DNA of 64,000 bases, taken from an uncultured Gemmatimonadales bacterium (lineage in GTDB: Bacteria; Gemmatimonadota; Gemmatimonadetes; Gemmatimonadales; GWC2-71-9). A model generated the notes under the pieces. The model saw only the letters and a list, made by a program, of their open reading frames with translations, was not told the origin of the DNA and searched no databases. The translations under genes and the position numbers were made by a program. The stretch is from positions 1,056,001 through 1,120,000 of the forward strand of contig CAVYSW010000003.1 in assembly GCA_963771275.1 (NCBI GenBank). The letters are read 5' to 3'. Of the stretch, positions 19,103 to 28,298 are shown one piece after another; positions within the stretch are counted from its first letter, which is position 1, and every line of letters starts with the position of its first letter.

Positions 19103-20898
19103 TGCGGCGCACTGCTACGCTCATCACCCTGGCCCTCACTGCCGCCGCGTGCGGGCGAGCGAGCCGGGACGCGGACGCGGCGAGCCCCGCCGCAACCTCC
19201 CGCGGGTTCGAGCCGCCCGTCATCACGAATCCCGAGTCGCCCGTCCGCTACCCGCCGGCGCTGTACGAGCAGCGGGTCGAGGGGACCGTGGTGCTGCGGT
19301 TGTACGTGGACGAGGCGGGCGCGGTGGACTCCGACTCGACCCGCATTGCCGAGGGCAGCGGTCACGCGTTGCTCGATTCCGCCGCCCTCGCGGGCGTCCC
19401 GGCGATGCGCTTCGCCCCCGCGCGGCTGGACGGCGTGCCCGTGGCCGCGGCCTTTCTCCAGCCGATCCAGTTCCGACACCCCGAGGCCAGCGGCCCGGGG
19501 GGGACCGCTGACATGCCCGCGCACCCTCGCCCCTACGACAACGTCCTCGAGACGATCGGGTGGACGCCGCTCATCCGCCTGCATCGCGTGACCGAAGGCC
19601 TGCGCACCCCGGTGTACGGCAAGGCCGAGTTCTTCAATCCCGGCGGCTCCGTGAAGGACCGCATCGGGATCGCGATCATCGAGGACGCCGAGCGCCGCGG
19701 CGCACTCAAGCCCGGCGGCGTGATCGTGGAGGGCACGTCGGGCAACACCGGCGTCGGCCTCGCGATCGCCGCGGCCATCCGGGGGTATCGCTGCATCTTC
19801 ACGCTGCCGGACAAGATGTCGAGCGAGAAGGTCCGCCTGCTCAAGGCCTTCGGGGCGGAGGTGATCATCACACCGACCGCGGTACCGCCGGATCACCCCG
19901 ACAACTACGTCATGAAGGCAAAGGCGATCGTGCAGCAGACGCCCGGTGCGGTCCTGGCCAACCAGTTCTACAACCAGGTGAATCCGGACACGCACTACCG
20001 CACGACGGGCCCGGAGCTGTGGGAGCAGACCGAGGGTCGGATCACCCACTTCGTCGCCGCTCCCGGCACCGGGGGCACCCTGAGCGGCGTCGGCCGGTTC
20101 CTCAAGGAGAGGAACCCCAAGATCCGCATCATCTCCGGCGATCCCGACGGCTCGATCTTCGCCGAGTACGCGCGGACCGGGAAGGTGGGCGAGGCCCACC
20201 CCTACAAAGTGGAAGGCATCGGGAACGACAAGATTCCCGGGACCTTGCACTTCCAGTACATCGACGAGTTTCACACCGTGACCGACGCCGAGGCATTCCA
20301 TATGACGCGGCGGCTGGTCCGGGAGGAGGGACTGTTCGTCGGCGGCTCGACCGGCCTCAACGTGACCGTCGCGCTGCGGGTCGCGCGCCAGGTGGACGAC
20401 CCGGCGGCCTGTGTCGTCGTGCTGCTGTGCGACACCGGGGAGCGCTACCTGTCCAAGGTGTTCAACGACGAGTGGCTGCAGGAGCACCAGCTGCTCTCGG
20501 CGCCACGCGTGACCGCGCGGACGCTGCTCGCCGGGAAGCCCGCCGGGGCGCCGCCGTTCGTCACCGTCGAGGCGGCGCAGACCGCCCGCCAGGCGCTCAA
20601 CCTGATGTCGACGTACAATGTGTCACAGCTCCCGGTGATGACCGGCGCCGAGTGCGCCGGAGCCGTCACCGAGGCTACGCTGATGGCCCGCGCGATCGGC
20701 GACCCCTCGTCGCTCGAGCGCCCGGTCCGGGATCAGATGGAAGGCCCCTACCCCGTCGTGGAGGCGGACGTGCCGCTCGAGCGCTTCAGCGCCCTGCTCT
20801 CCCGCGAGACGCCGGCGGTGCTCGTCCGGGCCGACGGCGCGTTCGTGGGGATCGTGACCCGCCACGACGTGTTGCATCACATGCAAGGGTTGCGATGA
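19102..20898 (+). CDS. In-frame fusion: lipoprotein TonB C-terminal domain (aa 1-137) + PLP-dependent cystathionine beta-synthase with CBS-domain pair (internal ATG 19513)
   Basis: LTAAAC lipobox; YPPALYEQRVEGTVVLRLYVDEAG...LDSAAL...RFAPA; then IGWTPLIRL, GGSVKDRI, TSGNTG, GTGGT, YKVEGIG, DTGERYLSK. Confidence 0.85.
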   Translation: MRRTATLITLALTAAACGRASRDADAASPAATSRGFEPPVITNPESPVRYPPALYEQRVEGTVVLRLYVDEAGAVDSDSTRIAEGSGHALLDSAALAGVPAMRFAPARLDGVPVAAAFLQPIQFRHPEASGPGGTADMPAHPRPYDNVLETIGWTPLIRLHRVTEGLRTPVYGKAEFFNPGGSVKDRIGIAIIEDAERRGALKPGGVIVEGTSGNTGVGLAIAAAIRGYRCIFTLPDKMSSEKVRLLKAFGAEVIITPTAVPPDHPDNYVMKAKAIVQQTPGAVLANQFYNQVNPDTHYRTTGPELWEQTEGRITHFVAAPGTGGTLSGVGRFLKERNPKIRIISGDPDGSIFAEYARTGKVGEAHPYKVEGIGNDKIPGTLHFQYIDEFHTVTDAEAFHMTRRLVREEGLFVGGSTGLNVTVALRVARQVDDPAACVVVLLCDTGERYLSKVFNDEWLQEHQLLSAPRVTARTLLAGKPAGAPPFVTVEAAQTARQALNLMSTYNVSQLPVMTGAECAGAVTEATLMARAIGDPSSLERPVRDQMEGPYPVVEADVPLERFSALLSRETPAVLVRADGAFVGIVTRHDVLHHMQGLR

Positions 20899-21278
20899 GC
20901 ACGTTCCTGCTCTCGACCGAGGCGACCTTCTCGGCGGCGCACACCCTCCCGGGCGTGGACATGTGCGCGCGGATGCACGGGCACAACTGGCGCGCGCGGG
21001 TGACCGTGACCTTCGATGCGGCCCGGCTCGACGGGCACGGGATGGGCGTGGATTTCCGCGTGCTGGAACAGATGACGCGGGATGCCGTGGCGGATTTCGA
21101 GCACCGCTACCTGAACGATCTGGCGCCCTTCGCTGAGTGCGCGCCGACGGCGGAGTCGATCGCCCGTGTCGTGGCGGAGCGGGTGGACACCCGACTGGGC
21201 GGCCACTCCTCGGGTGCGCGCGTCCTCGAAGTGGAGCTGTGGGAAATGCCTCAGTACCGCGTGGTGTACCGCCCATGA
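20895..21278 (+). CDS. queD: 6-carboxytetrahydropterin synthase / PTPS family
   Basis: FSAAHTL, CARMHGHNW, VDF, EHRYLND, PTAESIA, LWE; ATGA overlaps on both sides. Confidence 0.88.
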   Translation: MSTFLLSTEATFSAAHTLPGVDMCARMHGHNWRARVTVTFDAARLDGHGMGVDFRVLEQMTRDAVADFEHRYLNDLAPFAECAPTAESIARVVAERVDTRLGGHSSGARVLEVELWEMPQYRVVYRP

Positions 21279-22303
21279 CGCGCGTCGCCGTTCTGACCGG
21301 GGGCTCAACCCCGGAGCGCGACGTCGCCTTTGCCGGAGCCGCGCAAGTCGTCGCGGTTTTGCGGGACCTGGGGTACGCGGTCACCGTGGTGGATACGACC
21401 GCAGGGGAACTCGACGGCGCCGCCGAGGCTCGCTGCCTCCGACCCGCGGTCGGCACGTCACCACCCGATCGGGACGAGCTGGCACGGCTCCGCGCGAACG
21501 AGCTGGGGTCTGCGCTGGTAGCGCTGCCGGCGGTGCGGGACGCCGATCTCGTCTTCCCGGTGCTCCATGGCCGGCAGGGCGAAGGCGGCGAGCTGCAGGC
21601 CCTGCTCGAGCTCGCCGGCGTGCCGTACGCCGGCAGTGGCCCCCTCGCAAGCGGCATGGCCCTGGACAAGGACATCGCCAAGCGGCTGTTCCGCGGGGCC
21701 GGGATCCCGACGCCGGACTGGTTGATGTGGCCGGCCGACCCGCATAGCGTCGCCGCCCTTGGCATGCCGCTCGTCGTCAAGCCGTCCAAGGTGGGCTCCA
21801 CCGTGGGGCTCACCGTGGTCGAGCGCACGGACGCGCTTCCGGCCGCGGTCGTTGAGGCGCAGAGCTATGATGACGAGGTGATGCTGGAACGGTTCGTGGC
21901 AGGCCGGGAGTACACCGTGGGGATCCTGGGCGACCGGGCGCTCGCGGTGGGCGAGATCATCCCCCAGCACGACGTGTTCGACTACGAGTGCAAGTACACC
22001 CCCGGGATGACGCGGGAGATCTTCCCCGCAGAGATCCCGAAGGCGCTCGAGACCCAGCTGCGCGACCTCTCGCTCGTGGCGCACAACGCGCTCAAGCTGC
22101 GGGATTTCTCCCGGGCCGACTTCCGCGTGACCCCGGCCGGCGAGCCGTACTGTCTCGAGGTCAATACCCTCCCGGGACTCACGCGGACGAGTCTCCTGCC
22201 GCAATCCGCCGCCGCCATGGGGATCGATTTCCCCACCCTGTGCGACACGGTCTGTCGCCGGGCCCTAGCGCGCGCGGCCGGCGGGAACAAACTTGTGTCC
22301 TGA
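21275..22303 (+). CDS. ddl: D-alanine--D-alanine ligase
   Basis: GGSTPERDV, LHGRQGEGG, VKPSKVGSTVG, FDYECKY, RADF, LEVNTLPG. Confidence 0.95.
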   Translation: MTRVAVLTGGSTPERDVAFAGAAQVVAVLRDLGYAVTVVDTTAGELDGAAEARCLRPAVGTSPPDRDELARLRANELGSALVALPAVRDADLVFPVLHGRQGEGGELQALLELAGVPYAGSGPLASGMALDKDIAKRLFRGAGIPTPDWLMWPADPHSVAALGMPLVVKPSKVGSTVGLTVVERTDALPAAVVEAQSYDDEVMLERFVAGREYTVGILGDRALAVGEIIPQHDVFDYECKYTPGMTREIFPAEIPKALETQLRDLSLVAHNALKLRDFSRADFRVTPAGEPYCLEVNTLPGLTRTSLLPQSAAAMGIDFPTLCDTVCRRALARAAGGNKLVS

Positions 22304-22331
22304 GGCAGTACAGTAGGGTGAGCCAAGGGAC

Positions 22332-23168
22332 ATGATGCCCGCCACGCCATTTCACCTGACCCCCTGGGTGCGCCGTCTCGTGGCGGTGAACGTCGGCGTG
22401 TTTCTGCTCTCGGCCACCGTGTTCACCGGCCCGTGGTTCCTCCAGACCGTGGCGTTCTCGCCCGCCGCCCTCGCGGACCGACCGTGGACGCTGTTCACCT
22501 ACTCGTTCGCGCACCGCGGCTTGCTGCAACTCACCGTCACCATGCTCGTGCTGGTCATCTTCGGGCCGGCCGTGGAGCGCCGCCTGGGCGGGTGGACGTT
22601 CCTGCGTTACTACCTGTTGTGCGGCCTCGGCGGGCCGGCGCTCGCCCTGCTGCTGTCGCTCGTCACGCAGGACGGGACCCCGCTCGTCGGGGCGACCGCC
22701 CCCGTGTTCGGCGTGGCGCTGGGGTTCGCGCTCGCATGGCCGCGCACGCACGTGCAGGTGTTCCCGCTTCCGTGGCCGATCCCCGTGGGCGCGCTCGTCG
22801 GGGGTCTGGCGGTGCTCGCGCTCGCACCGGCGCTGCTCGACGCGCAAGATGGCGTCAGCCGCCTCGCGCAGCTTGGGGGCTTCGCGGTGGGCTTTGCCTA
22901 TCTCTCGATCGCGAGCCTCGTCGAGCGCCACACCCGCGAGCAGCCCGCCCCGCCGCCGGAGACGCCCGCCCTGGTCGCGCACCAGTCCGCCGCCGCCACC
23001 GCTGACATGCCACCCGCGGAGCCCACACAGGCGGGCCCGCCGCGCAGCGACGTGGCGCTGGAGATGGACCGCCTGCTCGACAAGATCTCCCAGCAGGGCC
23101 TCACGAGTCTCACCGCCGCTGAGCGCCGGTTCCTCGACGAGATGAGCCGGCTGATGCGCCGGCACTAG
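22332..23168 (+). CDS. Rhomboid-family membrane protein with substituted catalytic residues and a C-terminal helical domain
   Basis: [25 protein letters not shown] in place of GASG, AQLGG in place of [29 protein letters not shown] tail. Confidence 0.8.
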   Translation: MMPATPFHLTPWVRRLVAVNVGVFLLSATVFTGPWFLQTVAFSPAALADRPWTLFTYSFAHRGLLQLTVTMLVLVIFGPAVERRLGGWTFLRYYLLCGLGGPALALLLSLVTQDGTPLVGATAPVFGVALGFALAWPRTHVQVFPLPWPIPVGALVGGLAVLALAPALLDAQDGVSRLAQLGGFAVGFAYLSIASLVERHTREQPAPPPETPALVAHQSAAATADMPPAEPTQAGPPRSDVALEMDRLLDKISQQGLTSLTAAERRFLDEMSRLMRRH

Positions 23169-23172
23169 GCCG

Positions 23173-23673
23173 GTGGCCCCCCGCATCCGCGTGCGACAGG
23201 GTGACATCACCACGTTCGAGGGTGACGCGATCGTCAACGCCGCCAACGTCGACCTCAAGCTCGGGGTCGGGGTGGCCGGTGCCATCCGGCAGGCCGGTGG
23301 CCCCTCCATCCAGGCGGAGTGCGACCGCCACGGGCCGATCTCCCTGGGCGACGCGGCGGTGACCGGAGCGGGGAAGCTGCAGGCACGCTATGTGATCCAC
23401 GCGGCGATCATGGCCAACGAGAGCGAGCCGGTCACGCCCGACGTCGTCCGCCGCTGCACCGAGGCCGCACTCCGGGTGGCGGCGGAGCGGGGCGTCACGC
23501 GGCTCGGCGCGCCGATTCTGGGCTCGGGGGTCGGGCGCCTCCCGCTGCCCGAAGCGGCGCGCGTCATGCTCGACGCGATCGCGGCCTCGCCGCACGCGGA
23601 TGCACTGGATGTCATCGTGCTGTTCGGGTATCGGACGGAAGACGCCGAGACCCTCGAGGCGCTCGTGGGGTAG
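23173..23673 (+). CDS. Macro domain protein (ADP-ribose binding/hydrolase)
   Basis: [37 protein letters not shown]. Confidence 0.92.
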   Translation: MAPRIRVRQGDITTFEGDAIVNAANVDLKLGVGVAGAIRQAGGPSIQAECDRHGPISLGDAAVTGAGKLQARYVIHAAIMANESEPVTPDVVRRCTEAALRVAAERGVTRLGAPILGSGVGRLPLPEAARVMLDAIAASPHADALDVIVLFGYRTEDAETLEALVG

Positions 23674-25661
23674 CGGCGCTCGCACTCGTTGCCACGCTGG
23701 GCCTGGCGCGCCCCGATTCCTCGATGCTCGCGCAGGCGGAGTCCCTCGTCGTCCACGGTCGACTCGCCGAGGCCCGCGCGATGCTCGAGCGCGCAGTGCG
23801 GCGGGATCCGACCGATGCCGCCGCGCTCATCCTGTTGGGCCGCGTGCACCTCGCCTGGCCCACGGTGGGACGGTTTCGGGCCTGGCGGCTGTTCGAGGAG
23901 GCCGCTCACCTGGACCCCACGAATCCGGAGCCCCGCTATCAGCAGGTTCAGGTCGGACTCGCGCTGGGCAGCGCGGACGGTGAGCGTTTGGCGCGCGACG
24001 CCATCTTCAAGATCCTCCAGATCGTCCCCGACTACGCCGACATCTGGCGCGTGTGGCGCCGGCTGTACGAAGGTGACGGGCACCGCCGCCGAGCCCTCCG
24101 CCTCCTGGCGCGGTTCGACGACCCGGCGAGCACCGTGCGCCGGGCCGATCTCCTGCTCGCCATGGAGGACTACCAGGCGGCCGACAGCCTGCTCGCCGCC
24201 GCAGCCCGGCGTCACCCCGACGACCCCGCAGTGCTGGCCCTCCGCGCGGAGGTCGCCTTCGAAACCGGCCGCGCGGCCGACGGCGAGTCGTACTACTGGG
24301 CGGCGGTGCAGCGGTCTGCCGCCGACAGCGCGGACCGCCTCTGGCGGCAGATCGAGGCGATCGCGAGCCCGGAGGAGGAGGGTTCCTATTGGGTCACGCC
24401 GGTGGACGAGCGCCCCCAGTATTTCCGCCGTTTCTGGGCGCGGCGTGAGCCGGACCTCACCACGCCGCTGAACGAGCGGCTGGCCGAACATTTCCAGCGG
24501 TTGCGACGCGCGCGCCGGGATTATGCCCTGGGGCAGCCGCTCAGCACCTTCCATCGGTCACCACTCTGGCGCGCGCTCCAGAGCGGATGGACGGCGGACA
24601 TCCTCCAGCGACTCGGCGACTTCACGTCGGCCAGCGGCGTCATCCCCGGACATTCAGCCCTCGAGGACGACCTGACTCGCGCCGGCCTGGGTGTGGACCT
24701 CCGCGACCTGCCCGAGCCCGACAGCGTCTCGCGGTACGCCCGGCTCGGGTTCGACGGGCGGGGCTTGATGTATCTGCGGTTCGGCGAGCCGCAGACCCGC
24801 CTGATCTCGGTCGGTCCCGGCATCGACGTCGAGGCGTGGCGTTACGTCGTGGACGGCCGCGCGGTCTCGCTCGTGTTCGCGCGAGCGACCGCAGGAGGCG
24901 GCAGCAACCCCGGCGGGGACTTCGTGCTGTACCCGACCAGCGCGCGCGAGCTGCACAACAGCGCCGTACTGCTCGAGCGGGACGCGCCCACGCGCGTGCC
25001 GCCATTGCCGCTCGCCACCTGGGTCGCGTTTTTCCGGGCCGCCGACTCCGCCGCCGCCAACGACGGATGCCACGACGTCGTGATCCGCACCAGCGGTGAT
25101 GCCGCCGCGGTGGCCGTGTGGGATCTCGGAGATCTGGAGATCGTCCGGTCGGTGGGGGTGGGTCCCCTCACGCTGCGCGTGCGCGACGGCGTGTACCGGT
25201 TCGGCGCCGACGCACACGTGGGGGACCGCCTGGGGAGCGTGCGCGGTCCGCTGGTCGTCCCCCCGCTCGGGCCGGGCTGGCTCTCCGTCTCGAGCCTGCT
25301 CGTCGCGGTGGTCGGCGACTCCGCGCCGGACCGCATGACCATGGCACGCGCGATGCCCGCGAGCCTGGCCATCGAGCGGCACGGCAGGCCGGTGACCCTG
25401 TACGCCGAGCTCTACGATCTGCCGGACCGACGCGGGACCGCGGAATACGACGTGGTCTACACGTTCGAGCCGGTCGGCCGCGGCGCGCGCGTGAGCTTCT
25501 CGTTCAGTCGCACCGTGCTGGCGACGACGACCGTGTTCGAGCGCCTGATCGTCCAGCCCGGCCAGGTGCCTCCGGGCCGCTACCGCGTGACGCTCGCGGT
25601 GCGCGATCGCCTTCTCGGCCTGCGCACCGGTGCCGTGTCGCTCGACGTGACGCTGCGCTGA
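23670..25661 (+). CDS. TPR + divergent GWxTD-domain protein with C-terminal beta-sandwich; start uncertain
   Basis: Hydrophobic leader from 23670 (next ATG 23724); TPRs; [24 protein letters not shown]...[27 protein letters not shown]. Confidence 0.7.
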   Translation, partial: VAALALVATLGLARPDSSMLAQAESLVVHGRLAEARAMLERAVRRDPTDAAALILLGRVHLAWPTVGRFRAWRLFEEAAHLDPTNPEPRYQQVQVGLALGSADGERLARDAIFKILQIVPDYADIWRVWRRLYEGDGHRRRALRLLARFDDPASTVRRADLLLAMEDYQAADSLLAAAARRHPDDPAVLALRAEVAFETGRAADGESYYWAAVQRSAADSADRLWRQIEAIASPEEEGSYWVTPVDERPQYFRRFWARREPDLTTPLNERLAEHFQRLRRARRDYALGQPLSTFHRSPLWRALQSGWTADILQRLGDFTSASGVIPGHSALEDDLTRAGLGVDLRDLPEPDSVSRYARLGFDGRGLMYLRFGEPQTRLISVGPGIDVEAWRYVVDGRAVSLVFARATAGGGSNPGGDFVLYPTSARELHNSAVLLERDAPTRVPPLPLATWVAFFRAADSAAANDGCHDVVIRTSGDAAAVAVWDLGDLEIVRSVGVGPLTLRVRDGVYRFGADAHVGDRLGSVRGPLVVPPLGPGWLSVSSLLVAVVGDSAPDRMTMARAMPASLAIERHGRPVTLYAELYDLPDRRGTAEYDVVYTFEPVGRGARVSFSFSRTVLATTTVFERLIVQPGQVPPGRYRVTLAVRDRLLGLRTGAVSLDVTLR

Positions 25662-25714
25662 CGTCGCGCACCCTTGCCCGCGTCCCGTCGCCGGAGCAGA
25701 TTCGGGACGCCTCC

Positions 25715-26659
25715 ATGGTGATCAACCTCATCCCCGAATTCCTCGCCGCGCTCGCGACGCGCGATCCGTTCGACGCATACCGCCGGTACCTCGACGAGCA
25801 TCGCCTGGTCCTCGGCGCCTACTGGCGCAACTACGTGCTCGACCTCGAGAGCCCGCACGCCGACGCCGTGATCCGCCGCGCTCTCGCTGCCGACCGTCGC
25901 GATCTGCGGCAGCTGATGACCGACACGGACGTCGTGGCGCTCGCCGAGGAGACCGTGCGCACGGCCGAGCAGGTGCTGGAGCTCGATCACCCGGTCGATC
26001 TCTACCTCATGGTCGGGGTGGGCGGCGCCAATGCCGGCGAGCTGGTGGTGGAAGGCCGCGGCATCGCGTTCGTCTGTCTCGAGCACTTCACCGGGCGACC
26101 GAACCCCGACACGTACGGGCTGGGGCTCCACCCGCGGCTGCTGCCGTTGTGGATCGCCCACGAGATCGCGCACACGACCCGCTACACGTCCCCGCGCAGC
26201 GCGAGCGAGCTTGCCCAGATCGTCGCCGACGCCGGAGGCTTCTACGACTATTGGGAGAGCGGCAGCCGCGCGACGTTGCGCGAACTGCTGGTGAACGAGG
26301 GCCTTGCCGTGCTGGCCGCCCGCGCCGTCGCGCCATCGTTCGCGCCGTGGGACTACCTCGGGTACAGCCGGCGGCAGTACCAGCGTCTGCGCGAGCTGGA
26401 CGCCTTCCTGCGCCGCGCCACCCGGCCGGACCTCGACGAGACCGGGCTCGGGCTGCGGCTCCGTTACCTGTCCGGCGGCATGAGCCCGGCGCAGCGCCTG
26501 GTCGCGGGCAAAGTGATTCCCGAGCGCGCGGGGTACTACCTCGGCTACCGCATGGCCGAAGCGGCGGTCGCCGAGCGCGGGATCGCCACGGCCTTGCGAC
26601 TCAGCGCGCCGAGCGTCTGTGCGATCGAGGACGCGGTCGCCGGGGCGCAGAGCGCGTGA
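25715..26659 (+). CDS. Putative Zn-dependent peptidase (HExxH, DUF2268-like)
   Basis: IAHEIAH, NEGLA, RAGYYLGYRM. Confidence 0.72.
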   Translation: MVINLIPEFLAALATRDPFDAYRRYLDEHRLVLGAYWRNYVLDLESPHADAVIRRALAADRRDLRQLMTDTDVVALAEETVRTAEQVLELDHPVDLYLMVGVGGANAGELVVEGRGIAFVCLEHFTGRPNPDTYGLGLHPRLLPLWIAHEIAHTTRYTSPRSASELAQIVADAGGFYDYWESGSRATLRELLVNEGLAVLAARAVAPSFAPWDYLGYSRRQYQRLRELDAFLRRATRPDLDETGLGLRLRYLSGGMSPAQRLVAGKVIPERAGYYLGYRMAEAAVAERGIATALRLSAPSVCAIEDAVAGAQSA

Positions 26660-26895
26660 GCCCCACGCCCCGCAAGCGGGCGCCGGCCGCGGCCCGGCCC
26701 GTACCAGCCAGCGATCGGCGCGCCAACCTCGGGCTGCGCGAGGCGCTTGAGGAGTTGGTCCAGCACGTCCGGGTCGTGGCCCGCACGGTGGACACGATGA
26801 CCCCCCCCGAGCGCGCCTTCGCCCAGGAGCGGCTCGAGTGGCTGGCGGACGAGCTGTGGCGCATCGCCCTCGAAAGCGAGGACGCCGAGCGGTAG
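26656..26895 (+). CDS. Small helical hypothetical protein
   Basis: GTGA overlap; DRRANLGLREALEELVQHVR...QERLEWLADELWR. Confidence 0.6.
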   Translation: MSPTPRKRAPAAARPVPASDRRANLGLREALEELVQHVRVVARTVDTMTPPERAFAQERLEWLADELWRIALESEDAER

Positions 26896-26896
26896 G

Positions 26897-28249
26897 CTAC
26901 TTCCCCACGCAGAACGCCGCGAACACGCGGTCGAGCACATCGTCCGACGTCACCAACCCGATCAGGTCCTCCAGCGCCGTGACGGCCGCCCGGAGATGCG
27001 TGGCGGCGACCACCGCGTCCACCTGCGCCGCGCGGGCGCGCGCGAACTCGTCGATCTCGGTCAGCGCACGGCCAAGCGCAAGCCGGTGCCGCTCCCGCGT
27101 CACCAGCGGGGCCGCGTCCGCCTGTGCGACCAGTCCCGCAAAGGCCGCGCGGGCGAGCTCCGCGCGCAGCGTGGCGATGCCCTCGCCGGCCAGCGCCGAC
27201 ACGGCCACCTCGGCGGTCCCGGGCGTCCACCCCGAATCGCGCGCCACCGCATCGAGCTTGGTACGCGCGACCACGACCGGCACCGCGAGCGCATCGAGGA
27301 AGGCCCGTTCCTCCGCACGCACCGCGCGGCCCGCTTCGATGCAGCAGACCACCACGTCCGCGGCCGCGAGATAGCGCCGGCTCACTTCGATCCCCAGCTG
27401 CTCGAGCCGGTCCCCGTGCTCGTGCAGCCCCGCCGTATCCACCAGGCGAAACGGGAAGCCGCCACACACCGCCGGCGCCTCGATGGCGTCCCGCGTCGTG
27501 CCCGGCACGTCGGTCACGATCGCGCGCGTAGCACCGAGCAGGGCGTTGAACAGCGAGGACTTGCCGACGTTCGGCGGGCCGGCAATGACCGCGAGCGCGC
27601 CATCGCGCAGCCGCTCACCCTCGCGCGACGTCGCCAGCAGCTCGGCGAGCGCCGCACGCAGTCCAGCGTGCGCCGCCGCCACCCGGGCGGCGGGCACCGG
27701 GCCGTCGTCCTCTTCCGGGAAGTCGATCTCGTAGCTCACCAGCGCCTCGAGCCCGAGCACCTGCTCGCGCAGCCGGCGGATCCGCTCGGACAGCCCGCGA
27801 TCCAGCTGGCCCAAGGCCGCGCGCCGCTGTGCCGTGCTCGTTGCATCGACGAGATCACCGACCGCCTCGGCCTGCAGCAGATCGACCTTGCCGTTGGCGA
27901 CCGCGCGGCGCGTAAACTCGCCTGGCGCCGCAAGGCGCGCCCCCGCGGCGAGTAGCGCCGCAAGGACCTCGACCGGGGCCATCAGGCCGCCGTGCGTCGA
28001 GATCTCGACCAGGTCCTCACCGGTGTAGGAGGCAGGCGCGGCAAACACCGCGTACAGGATCTCGTCGAGGGTCTCACCGCTCTCCGGATGGACCGCCCGC
28101 GCCCGCCGGACCACGCGCGGTCGGTCCGTGGCGAACGGCGTCACGACCCGGCCCGCGACGTCCCACGCGCCGCGGCCGGACAGCCGAACGACGGCGATGG
28201 CGGAGCGACCGGGTGGGGTCGCGATCGCGGCGATCGGGTCGGTCACCAT
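26897..28249 (-). CDS. mnmE: tRNA modification GTPase MnmE
   Basis: IAAIATPPG, SYTGED, GEFTRRA, GPPNVGKSS, GTTRD, DTAG, FCVGK. Confidence 0.97.
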   Translation of the reverse strand: MVTDPIAAIATPPGRSAIAVVRLSGRGAWDVAGRVVTPFATDRPRVVRRARAVHPESGETLDEILYAVFAAPASYTGEDLVEISTHGGLMAPVEVLAALLAAGARLAAPGEFTRRAVANGKVDLLQAEAVGDLVDATSTAQRRAALGQLDRGLSERIRRLREQVLGLEALVSYEIDFPEEDDGPVPAARVAAAHAGLRAALAELLATSREGERLRDGALAVIAGPPNVGKSSLFNALLGATRAIVTDVPGTTRDAIEAPAVCGGFPFRLVDTAGLHEHGDRLEQLGIEVSRRYLAAADVVVCCIEAGRAVRAEERAFLDALAVPVVVARTKLDAVARDSGWTPGTAEVAVSALAGEGIATLRAELARAAFAGLVAQADAAPLVTRERHRLALGRALTEIDEFARARAAQVDAVVAATHLRAAVTALEDLIGLVTSDDVLDRVFAAFCVGK

Positions 28250-28298
28250 GGCCGGATGCCAGGAAGGCGCCCGGCTGCGGGCCGCCGTACGGCTGGGC

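Noticed and set aside
21275..22303. Van-type D-Ala-D-Lac ligase
   Set aside because: Omega loop keeps Tyr (DYECKY), and no vanH/vanX neighbours
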